Under the pieces are notes generated by a model that saw only the letters and a program-made list of their open reading frames with translations, was not told the origin of the DNA and did not search any database. From an uncultured virus (IMG/VR IMGVR_UViG_3300025534_000009) (lineage: Duplodnaviria; Heunggongvirae; Uroviricota; Caudoviricetes), in the IMG/VR virus record IMGVR_UViG_3300025534_000009: a DNA stretch of 64,000 nt; one strand, given 5' to 3'. Of the stretch, positions 27,039-35,560 are shown one piece after another. How positions within the stretch are numbered: the stretch's first letter is position 1; the number at the start of each line of letters is the position of its first letter. A program made the translations under genes and the position numbers.

Positions 27039-28363
27039 TGTCGATCACGTATCAAATGGTATACGGCGGTCTCCCTTCGGGCATCGATCTCGATCCGAAA
27101 GGGCTCGTGCATGGGACGGCTCTCTATGACGCGATTCATGCCCCGATCTGGGAAACGCCGCCTGGGGAACTCGCTGTCGCCGACGAGTTTGCTGAGCTGG
27201 AGCTTCCTCCGCTGGTAGCCCGCAGCCAGCCTGGGCGCCAGCTTGTCAGGTACAGCATTGTCAAGGCTCACAAGGGCCACACGGGCCTTCCCTGGGGCCT
27301 GAAACTCGATCCCAAGACGGGTGTCATATCCGGCTACATCGCCGAGCTTCTCGACGAGCTGGCGAACCCGCTTCCTCCATCGGAGATTCCGATCTGGAAT
27401 ACACCCAAGGGGCTCCTCGGCACCTGGGGTGAGTTCGAGGAGGTGGAGATTGAGCTGAGCGCGACGCCGCAGCTCGGTGAGCGCATCGTGCGCTGGTTCA
27501 TCGTGAAGGGTGCCCTTCCATGGGGGCTGACCATCGACACCAAGACAGGCGTCATTTCCGGAACCACGGCAGAGCTGGTCCATCCGATCTCCTACGTTCC
27601 GGAGGAGTTCTTCCCAAAGCCTGTCTGGAAGACCCCAACCGGCAGCCTCGGCATCTACAACGAGTTCCAGACGATCTCGCTTCAGCTCGACATCCAACCG
27701 CGTCTCGGCAGCGCGATGAAGAGTTTCGTCATCACCGAGGGCTTCCTGCCGTGGGGGCTCGTCCTCGATCGTGCCACCGGCGTGATCAGCGGCACCGCAG
27801 CCGAGCTGAAAACGCCGTTCGAGCCGGTCATGGAGAGCCCGATGCCTCGCCCGACCTGGAACACCCAAAAGGGCTGCATCGGTATCTACCGCGAGCAGGA
27901 TGAGATCGACGTGCAGGTGAGCGCCACGCCGCACCTCGGGACGACCCTGACCTACATGGTCATCTCCGGTGGTCTTCCGTGGGGATGCACGATGGATCGC
28001 AACACCGGCCGGATCACCGGCGTGGCGGCCGAGATCAAAATCCCGGTCGAGCCGGAATTTTACGAGCTTGGTGGACCGACATGGCTCACGCCCTCCGGGA
28101 AGATCGCGACCCTGTCGGCTGGTCAAACTGTTGACTTCTCGTTCGACGTGAAGGGAGAGAACGGTCGTACCATCAAGTCGTTCTACATGAACTTCCAGCC
28201 AGGCGGCGGTCTGCCGTGGGGCGTAGTGTTCTCGCCGTCGGAAGGGAAGTTGGCTGGCACGGTTAAGACCAATGCCAAACCAGGTGTCTATAATTTCGTC
28301 GTAGTGGCGGTCGATAGCGCCGATCGCGAAGCAGCTAGGGATTTCAGCATTGAAATTGTTTAA
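27038..28363 (+). CDS. Putative-Ig repeat scaffold protein: one partial, four truncated and one complete repeat
   Basis: Repeated P.W.TP.G...LPWG...D..TG.ISG...E units; TAATG overlap with previous gene. Confidence 0.85.
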   Translation: MSITYQMVYGGLPSGIDLDPKGLVHGTALYDAIHAPIWETPPGELAVADEFAELELPPLVARSQPGRQLVRYSIVKAHKGHTGLPWGLKLDPKTGVISGYIAELLDELANPLPPSEIPIWNTPKGLLGTWGEFEEVEIELSATPQLGERIVRWFIVKGALPWGLTIDTKTGVISGTTAELVHPISYVPEEFFPKPVWKTPTGSLGIYNEFQTISLQLDIQPRLGSAMKSFVITEGFLPWGLVLDRATGVISGTAAELKTPFEPVMESPMPRPTWNTQKGCIGIYREQDEIDVQVSATPHLGTTLTYMVISGGLPWGCTMDRNTGRITGVAAEIKIPVEPEFYELGGPTWLTPSGKIATLSAGQTVDFSFDVKGENGRTIKSFYMNFQPGGGLPWGVVFSPSEGKLAGTVKTNAKPGVYNFVVVAVDSADREAARDFSIEIV

Positions 28364-28371
28364 GGAGTAAC

Positions 28372-29406
28372 ATGACTGTTTTCAATTTCACAGTTCGCGC
28401 TACTGATGACCAGGGCGCTTTTGCGGATCGCGAATTTTCGATCAAGATTCGTAATACGATCGTTGACCGCTACATGATGGTCAACGGCACGGATGCGTAC
28501 ACCTCTCCCGATGGGACCAACTGGACGAAGCGAGTCACTTCGGGTGGCTCCAGTGTGACGTACGGTGCCGGAAAGTGGCTCGTCGTGAAGAGCGCTTCCC
28601 AGTACCTCCTGTCGGTGGACGGCATCAACTTCACACCGCATACGTTCCCGCCCAGCTCGGTTGTCCCAGCCGTCCAGTATGTCAACGGTCGGTTCGTCTA
28701 TGCGGCGCGATACGTCAACGAACCTTATCGCATGCACTACTCCTACGACGGCATCAACTGGACCGTCACGGAAGGGGCGATGGCGCTCAGCACCGAGTAC
28801 CAGCCTACTTCGTTCATCTATGTCGATGGTCGATGGATCGCTGCGGCGAACGGTTCCTACAACTACTGTGCCAAGTATAGTGACGATGACGGCGCCACGT
28901 GGCACCCGATCTACACGGGTTATACCTTCGCTTGCTCTGGTATCGCCTATTATAATGGCCTCTATATCGCCATCGACAACTCAGCAAAGGGCAGCGCCGC
29001 CCGTGTTCTGACAAGCAACGATACCGTCGTCTGGACGCCTCGTTCCCTGCCGCCCAGCGCCATCCCGAACTACTACGGAGCGTCTGAAATCCTCTACGGC
29101 AACGGCCGTCTGGTGATGCCAATCTATAAGACGGCATCTAGCGGCACCAATGGCGTCTTTTGGGTTGTCACGAGCGTGGACGGCATCAATTGGGAGGTGA
29201 AGACCTATCCACCGTTCGTCTCAAACGGCAATGCGGTTCATGCCAAGGTCTCCAGCACCTATCACAATGGCCTGTTCATGCTGGTCTGCACTCACAATGC
29301 CGGTGGTGCAGGTGGCATCCGCGTGTCGGAAGACGGCGTGACCTGGGAGACTGTGGCGCCGTCGCTTGGTGTCATGAACGGCATTGCAGGTCTCAGCTAC
29401 GGCTAA
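28372..29406 (+). CDS. Asp-box (BNR) beta-propeller protein with an N-terminal Ig beta-hairpin
   Basis: Repeated S.DG.NW Asp-boxes; N-terminus VFNFTVRATDDQGAFADREFSIKI; AAGGAG RBS. Confidence 0.85.
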   Translation: MTVFNFTVRATDDQGAFADREFSIKIRNTIVDRYMMVNGTDAYTSPDGTNWTKRVTSGGSSVTYGAGKWLVVKSASQYLLSVDGINFTPHTFPPSSVVPAVQYVNGRFVYAARYVNEPYRMHYSYDGINWTVTEGAMALSTEYQPTSFIYVDGRWIAAANGSYNYCAKYSDDDGATWHPIYTGYTFACSGIAYYNGLYIAIDNSAKGSAARVLTSNDTVVWTPRSLPPSAIPNYYGASEILYGNGRLVMPIYKTASSGTNGVFWVVTSVDGINWEVKTYPPFVSNGNAVHAKVSSTYHNGLFMLVCTHNAGGAGGIRVSEDGVTWETVAPSLGVMNGIAGLSYG

Positions 29407-29413
29407 GAAGCGA

Positions 29414-29440
29414 GAAGCCCGGCGCGAGCCGGGCTTTTTT
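29414..29440 (+). terminator. Rho-independent terminator
   Basis: AAGCCCGGC-GCGA-GCCGGGCTTTTTT. Confidence 0.85.
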
Positions 29441-29736
29441 ATGACCCTCTGCGCTGTACGGAGCGATCCCAGGCGCGGAGGGTCTCTACCGTCATAGGGG
29501 TGTCGGCGTGCTGCCTCGCGGGGTCTCGGTGTGATCCCCGCATACAATGTCATTCTTGCATTGGTTTGCAGACCGCAAATCGCCTTCGATTGTTGCGCTA
29601 CTTGTTCTCCCTTGTCTTCTTGCTCTGCTTCAAACATGCTCATCTCAACGGTCACATTGTCGTTTGGCCAGTGAACCGTTGGTTCTCCCGGCGAACAATA
29701 GACGTAGACGGTCGTCCTATACCTGCCGTCGTGGCT

Positions 29737-30381
29737 TCACGGATTGCGCATTGGCTTGCAAAGCGCCTTCCAGATCGCCCTGGAACGTTCGGCGATCCGC
29801 TTCCCGTGGTTCTCGATGGCGGTCTCCAAATCACTCAGTTCGATGAGGGTGTTGGCCTTGTTCCAGTAGACGGTCGGAACCGAACTGGAGCAGTAGACAA
29901 CGGCCGGTTCCTTGTTCACGCTGATCGTGACGATGTTCGTTGGTGCCGCGCTGAAACTTTCGTCAACACGCACTATGTCCCGGCCGACTTGGAGCACCAG
30001 GTTGTCGAGCGGCCGCTTCCAGTTGCTGTCGAGAAACTTGCTCGGTCGGTTCCGACAGACCATGAACCAGATGTCCTGGTCGATCTGTTCCGCGCCGGAG
30101 GATGCGCCCCTGGGGTTGATCCGGACCTTTGACCCCTGCCCAGAGACCGAAGCAGTTTTCGGATTACAGTCAACAGTCAATTCCTGCGTATTGACCTCGC
30201 CCATGTTTGATATGGCCATGATCTTGGCAACCTTCGCTCTCCCCCGGTCTCTGACAGATACGAGGAAGAACTCGGAATAGTAGCCCATCCGGCCGTCAGC
30301 GGAGAATTTTACGACTTCGGCGGACGCACCGAACGCAGAAATAGACATCGCCATCGCAATTGCGATTGTGGCAATACGCAT
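29737..30381 (-). CDS. Secreted hypothetical protein with two internal C...W...C repeats
   Basis: Signal peptide MRIATIAIAMAMSISAFGASA. Confidence 0.7.
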   Translation of the reverse strand: MRIATIAIAMAMSISAFGASAEVVKFSADGRMGYYSEFFLVSVRDRGRAKVAKIMAISNMGEVNTQELTVDCNPKTASVSGQGSKVRINPRGASSGAEQIDQDIWFMVCRNRPSKFLDSNWKRPLDNLVLQVGRDIVRVDESFSAAPTNIVTISVNKEPAVVYCSSSVPTVYWNKANTLIELSDLETAIENHGKRIAERSRAIWKALCKPMRNP

Positions 30382-30574
30382 CGTCAGCCCCTTCCCCGAA
30401 CCAATATGGACGAGGGTAGGGGCAGTTCCTGATTTCCGCAAACAAACTTTGATCAACACCCGTGGCCGCATGCACGGAAGGCTCCCGAGAGGGTTCGGCC
30501 GACCTGACAATCGGCGAACGTAGCCACGGGCTATCCTTGTCTCGGATCGGCTCGCCCATGATGTCGATGATCCC

Positions 30575-31240
30575 TCAGCGCTCCGCCACGCCCGGTGATG
30601 GTGGGACGAGGTTGGCTTCAGTCAGCTGGAGCTTGCGCTTCGTGATAAAGAACAGGCGGTTCTCGTGAACGCTGTCATCGCCCCAGGCATGGGAACCGAC
30701 GGTCTCGATCCATTTGTCGAAGCTCTGCGATCCATCGTAGGGCACGATCTTGCCCTCGTCGATTAGGCCGACCGTCAGACCGCGTTTCACCGCTTCGGAC
30801 ATGCGGTTGATCCAGAAACGCTGACCATCCTGTGTCTGGAAGGCGTCACTAACGATGGTCTCGAAACGCTCAAGGAGGTAATCGAAGAAGACGTAGGAGG
30901 TGATGTTTGGGAAGCGCGGGTTGTCGCGTCGCCAGATGACGACCTGAGTGACAGCCATTCCGAGACCGGGAATGTGTATCTTCTTGTATTTGACGTAGAA
31001 GGTGAGGACCTCTGTGTCCTTGCGGAGCAGGAAAATCTCGCCGAGACCCGGACGAGTGCTGACGGCGAGTTTCCAGGTTTCCGTTTCGAAAATAGTTTCC
31101 TGCGGGACTCCGCTCAGACGAACATATTCCCTGTGGTTGCGCTCCGGATCACCAAGGCCGAAGTCGTCGGCCGTGGTGAACAGAAACGGCATCTCAAACA
31201 AATGTGTGATGAGATCGATGGATTCCCGGATGCTTTTCAT
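30575..31240 (-). CDS. Virion-internal GNAT-like protein
   Basis: Q..IWR, IVSD..QT.DG.RFW; TAAATA 6 nt upstream of ATG. Confidence 0.65.
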   Translation of the reverse strand: MKSIRESIDLITHLFEMPFLFTTADDFGLGDPERNHREYVRLSGVPQETIFETETWKLAVSTRPGLGEIFLLRKDTEVLTFYVKYKKIHIPGLGMAVTQVVIWRRDNPRFPNITSYVFFDYLLERFETIVSDAFQTQDGQRFWINRMSEAVKRGLTVGLIDEGKIVPYDGSQSFDKWIETVGSHAWGDDSVHENRLFFITKRKLQLTEANLVPPSPGVAER

Positions 31241-31249
31241 TACAGATAT

Positions 31250-31819
31250 TTATCGCCTGGCGGCGATAAACAAGGGGACACGACCGTCTCCTTGAATGAT
31301 ACCGTGGACCAGGGGATAGACATCGGCGCCAACCGGGAAGAAAACAGGGGAGCCATCCTTGATGTATCCAGCCTGGCAGGCCTTTCCATAACCGTAGCCA
31401 TCGGCCGCCTTGCCGAGGCAGTTGATCCAGAACGAGAGACCCTGATCAGTGTACAGGGTGTCGCTCACGACCGCGTCGAACTCCGCCAGAAGGTGGTCCA
31501 GCACGATGTCAGAGATGGTCTCGATGCCAGGGGCGGCCCGTCGCCAGGCTGCAAAATCGGCCGCCGCGCTCCCGAGCCCGACGATCTTCTGGGGAGAGTA
31601 GGTGGCGTAATAGGTGACGGACCGATCCACCTTGTTGACGACGAACAGCTCGTTGCCGAGGTGACCGAGCACGTGCGTTTGATCTGAGACGACCGTTCGG
31701 AAATCGGAGGAGGCCAGGCGCTCGTACGTGGCGCTGTTCCTCACCGCATCGTTCAGGCCAAAGTCCGTCGTCGTGGCCTGTGAAGGCAATACGAACGCGT
31801 TTCCCATGCGAACTCCCAT
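31250..31819 (-). CDS. Paralogous GNAT-like protein, 5' end possibly degraded
   Basis: DFGL.D..RN and VVSD...T.QG..FW shared with 30575 and 35561. Confidence 0.55.
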   Translation of the reverse strand: MGVRMGNAFVLPSQATTTDFGLNDAVRNSATYERLASSDFRTVVSDQTHVLGHLGNELFVVNKVDRSVTYYATYSPQKIVGLGSAAADFAAWRRAAPGIETISDIVLDHLLAEFDAVVSDTLYTDQGLSFWINCLGKAADGYGYGKACQAGYIKDGSPVFFPVGADVYPLVHGIIQGDGRVPLFIAARR

Positions 31820-31991
31820 CAGGCAGAGAAACTATACCGAGCTTCCGCACCGCGTGAGCGTTTTCGTCTACCTGGTGCAACTCGCTGGGAGTGGCGTCCA
31901 CAGGATAGGGCGGATACCACGAGCCACGGAGAACGTCGTCAAGCGATGGAGCGAAGACGAAATCCGAGCTCCTTCACAAAGACAAACATTT

Positions 31992-32771
31992 TCAAGAATG
32001 TCTATCGGTCTCATCGTAGGGCTGTATTGTTACAGCGTTCTTCTCTCTGTCAAACTTAACTTTGCCGAGAAGCTTCACGCATGACGGTTTGAAGATCATC
32101 CACTCAAGAGCGTAGCCAAGCTCATAGCTGCCTGTGTCCCCGCCACGATCAAGTTCAACATCGAGAATTCGATTGCTCATTCCGCTGAATGGACCACGAA
32201 AAATGAGGGCATCGTAGCCCTTCTGCTTGGCGAGGATATAGAACCTGCGGTCTGAGGCGAGGCGGAAGCTGCTGATGTTGATGTTGTGGTCATACAGGTA
32301 CTCGTCATCGCCGTGGAGAACTGCTCGGATTTCCTCGTCAGCCAGCTCGTTGGCGGGCCTTCCGCCTTCACCCACCCAGCCTTCAATCGACCTGACGAGG
32401 GCGATGGCCTGTTCGTCAGAGAGCCCAAGCGCCGTTTGGACATGATTGATCTCGGTGACCGGCTCGGGCACCGGGAACATCACAAATGGGCGGTTGAGCT
32501 TCACCCGATAGGCAAACACCTTGCCGCCTTGGTCATGGGTGAAGCCATTTGGTCTAATGGAGTAGTCGTGCGCGATGAGCGGAACGTCAGTAAAGAACGG
32601 ATAGCCGATAGTCGTGTCAGCGAAAGGATCGGGATTTCCGCGTCCTGAACCACGATAGAGTGTAATCGGTGCAGTCCAGTTGTAGACGCGATCTCCATTT
32701 TCAGTAATGTAGGTGACGGAACTGGACCTGAAAGCGCTCTCGACTATATTGATCGCGGTGCGAATGTCCAT
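31992..32771 (-). CDS. Putative ADP-ribosyltransferase-fold internal protein
   Basis: TLYRGS, FFTD....A..Y, V....V.L..P, GYDALIF, EW.IF.P. Confidence 0.6.
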   Translation of the reverse strand: MDIRTAINIVESAFRSSSVTYITENGDRVYNWTAPITLYRGSGRGNPDPFADTTIGYPFFTDVPLIAHDYSIRPNGFTHDQGGKVFAYRVKLNRPFVMFPVPEPVTEINHVQTALGLSDEQAIALVRSIEGWVGEGGRPANELADEEIRAVLHGDDEYLYDHNINISSFRLASDRRFYILAKQKGYDALIFRGPFSGMSNRILDVELDRGGDTGSYELGYALEWMIFKPSCVKLLGKVKFDREKNAVTIQPYDETDRHS

Positions 32772-32953
32772 TTGACTGGGGCTATAGAAGTTTGTGGTAT
32801 TTATCCCTTATAGAATAATCTATGGATATCAAGGATGGAGAATTGTTTTGGGTGCGAGCGACAAGCGTAAGGGGCTATCTCTAAAGAAGGTATAGACACA
32901 ACACGTGGCGCTATTTACTCTTCGTCGGATTGGAGGAACCGGGGAGAGGGGGC

Positions 32954-33331
32954 ATGCGATCCATCTGGTGCTCTGTGTTCATCGCTGCCTTGCTGGCGAT
33001 CATCCCGGCGTATGCGTTCAACGCCGGTGCGCCCGTGCCGTCGGGCAACGGCATGCTGGAGCCGGTTCAAGACGGGAAGCTGCCGCCTGGCTACCGCTGG
33101 ATCGTGCTGGCAAGTGATCTGGACCCGGATCAGCTTCCCATGCAGCGCTACTTACGGCTCCTGCCATGGGCCACGTTCAATGTCGTGAAGACGCGGACGG
33201 GCTACTGGGCGCTGATCATTGGCCCGTACGAGAGAAGGCAGGCGGAATCGATTGCCGCCGATCTCAAGGCCCGAGGCTTCATCCCGTACGACGCCTACCT
33301 CAGTTCGGGAAACGGGTTCCTGCACTTCTAG
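32954..33331 (+). CDS. Secreted SPOR-like domain protein
   Basis: Signal peptide; WIVLAS...GYWAL.IGP...G.IP.DAY.S.G. Confidence 0.55.
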   Translation: MRSIWCSVFIAALLAIIPAYAFNAGAPVPSGNGMLEPVQDGKLPPGYRWIVLASDLDPDQLPMQRYLRLLPWATFNVVKTRTGYWALIIGPYERRQAESIAADLKARGFIPYDAYLSSGNGFLHF

Positions 33332-33492
33332 GCTCAGTGGTTCTCTCCGCGACATAGCTCCCAGAACGTCGCATATGCCTTGCGGCACACCTGCCTGCTG
33401 AAAGCCCTGCCGCCAAGGAGGCGGCCGTCGTTTTTTGCGTGCCTGGATGGGGCGGGGCGCCGCGCAGGAGCGGGAATTTCCATGACCGTGGT

Positions 33493-33520
33493 AATGCGCA
33501 TAAGACATATTATGGAACCA
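33493..33520 (+). other. XerC/XerD dif-like recombination site
   Basis: AATGCGCATAA-GACATA-TTATGGAACCA: canonical 11-6-11 layout with CATAA/TTATG inner palindrome, intergenic. Confidence 0.75.
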
Positions 33521-33557
33521 AAAAATGCTGGTCTGACGGCCGCCTTGGGCACCACCG

Positions 33558-33770
33558 TCAGTCATGGCGGTGATCCAATGGGTTCACGTCGGCACGCAAG
33601 CCATTCAGATGCCTGTCGAATGCCTGCTCGAAAGCGAGCCGCGCCAGGTCCTTCGGCTTGCCGTCCCGAAACCGCTGGCCGCTGTCGGCCAGCACCGGCG
33701 AGTCCGGGTGGTGACGCCGGAACATCTCCAGCTGCGCCTCAAGGCCCGCCACCGTCGATTGCTCAATGCC
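33558..33770 (-). pseudogene. 5'-truncated paralog of 9263-9586
   Basis: EQSTVAGLEAQLEMFRRHHPDSPVL..SG.RF aligns with 9263; in-frame TGA just upstream. Confidence 0.6.
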
Positions 33771-33840
33771 TTGTCATCCTGAGAAACCACCGCGCTAACG
33801 TCAACATACTAGCGATTGAGCGGACCTTTCTTGCCGACCA

Positions 33841-34722
33841 TCAGTCCGGCGAGGCCTCTTCAAGAAATTCCTTGATGGCCGTCATCATATCCTCGGCTGT
33901 CACACCAATGACAACCTCCTGGTTTCCTTCGAACAGCTTATTCCTGAACCGTGCCAACAGGCTCTGTTCCATCTGCTCTGCGTCCGCGCCGGTCTTCCAA
34001 TGTTCGACATGGAACTCGACATACTTCAGCCCTCCGAGCTGTGGGAGGGCATACTTGTTGAAGTAGCGCATGCGCCGAGGAGCGCTATTGCTCCATCCTA
34101 TCTTGAATGCTGGCTCTCTCGTTCCCCTGATCTCAAAGACGTAGGTGTCCGCAGCCTTTTTTAATACCTGATCAACCCAGTACTGCCTGTTCGCCGGAGG
34201 AGGAGCGCGTCTGTATGTCGGTCTGATCGCCCTGAAGATAGGACGCACCTGCCGGATCGCGGGCACTATCTGAAACGGTCTTCGAGGATGGGAAAGGAGA
34301 AAGTCCTTGAGAGAAGGATCTGTTATCTCGACGAGGCCTGTGGCAGTTGGTCGATAATTGTTCAGCCTTCTTAGCTCAAGGAACTCGCCATACAATTCCG
34401 TAATTTTTGGTTTGTTCTCAAATTCCCACGATTGGTGTATTGCAATTCCGTATTTCCACCTTTCGACAATGTTGTACAATTCAGAGTGGTAATGTTCCGG
34501 CAAATCGTAATCACGCAGAAGCACGGGCTTCTTCGTCATCTCTACATAGCCGAGGAGACGGTTCCTAAATTCCATCGGTTCAGCACCGGCAGTAGCGGAA
34601 TAGACGACGACATCACCGTCGTCGAGACGATCAAGTACGCGATTCCTTCTATTCTCAGTGCTGAATTTTACCGGCAGGCCGAGTGCTTCAATGCTCAATG
34701 TTTTGGTGAAGAATACCTTCAT
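33841..34722 (-). CDS. GIY-YIG (T5orf172/MUG113-like) nuclease with an N-terminal PUA/EVE-like domain
   Basis: TYVF...AFKIGWS....RR...N, A.QMEQ; N-terminal GD.VV.....LLG.VE. Confidence 0.6.
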   Translation of the reverse strand: MKVFFTKTLSIEALGLPVKFSTENRRNRVLDRLDDGDVVVYSATAGAEPMEFRNRLLGYVEMTKKPVLLRDYDLPEHYHSELYNIVERWKYGIAIHQSWEFENKPKITELYGEFLELRRLNNYRPTATGLVEITDPSLKDFLLSHPRRPFQIVPAIRQVRPIFRAIRPTYRRAPPPANRQYWVDQVLKKAADTYVFEIRGTREPAFKIGWSNSAPRRMRYFNKYALPQLGGLKYVEFHVEHWKTGADAEQMEQSLLARFRNKLFEGNQEVVIGVTAEDMMTAIKEFLEEASPD

Positions 34723-34821
34723 CCACCCCCTCCGAATTTACTGGCCCCAAGCGACCCCTCGAAAGACGCCGAACATCGAAACCGGAAGATTTCCGTGAGC
34801 CAGAACCGAGCGGCTCCAGGC

Positions 34822-35245
34822 CTAATAGCCATCGTCGGAATCGTCTCCGAACTTGGTGCACTCTCCATAGGCAATGACCAGGCTGGCTGTGCCCAAATCG
34901 GAAAGATGACCGAGAGTCATCGCCCGCGTATATCGCAAGGTCTTCGTATTGATGGAGAAAACATCAAAATTGTCAGAACATTTTTCGATTCGGGGTGCGT
35001 GATGTAAGGGCTGCGACATATATAAGCGTACGTCTTGCCGCGACGTTTCATTGTTAAACGGTCGCCATCGATGGTAACCAGAAGTTTCGAATCGACAAAA
35101 CCGTTGGCTCATATTTATTCCGTTTATAATGGAATCCTGTGACGTTCTCATCAAGACATGCCAACACCGTCTTGGCGTGAGCCGAAATAGCGCTCATGCC
35201 TACCAACAGCGCAGCAATAAGAAAACGCAAGGCCCCCTCCCCCAT
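34822..35245 (-). pseudogene. Frameshifted secreted protein
   Basis: Signal-peptide ORF 35054-35245 and C-terminal ORF 34822-35154 lie in different frames. Confidence 0.45.
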
Positions 35246-35560
35246 CTATGAAGCCAGATCACCTTACGGCGGCAGGGCGCCTCTTTGAACCACTTTTCGT
35301 CGATATGCACTGCCTCGACCTTCGTCGGCCGTAGCCCGCCAACCAGGTCCGACAATCTGCCGGTTGGTAAGGTCCCGGCCCGACTACGTTTCGGTAATCT
35401 CCAGCTTCAGTGACAGAGCGCTCGGAGTTGGGTCTAGCTCATCCGGACCCCGTCACGTTGTCGGAAACGACGTTTCGGCGGAAGGGGGGTTATAGAAATT
35501 CCGCGCACGAGATCGCCTTCGCGCGCGGGGGACAAATCATGTCTGCCGATACCACTTGGT

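Noticed and set aside
27038..28100. CRISPR array or DGR suggested by repeated DNA motifs
   Set aside because: Repeats are degenerate protein-coding Ig units; no identical spaced repeats, cas genes or reverse transcriptase are in the window.
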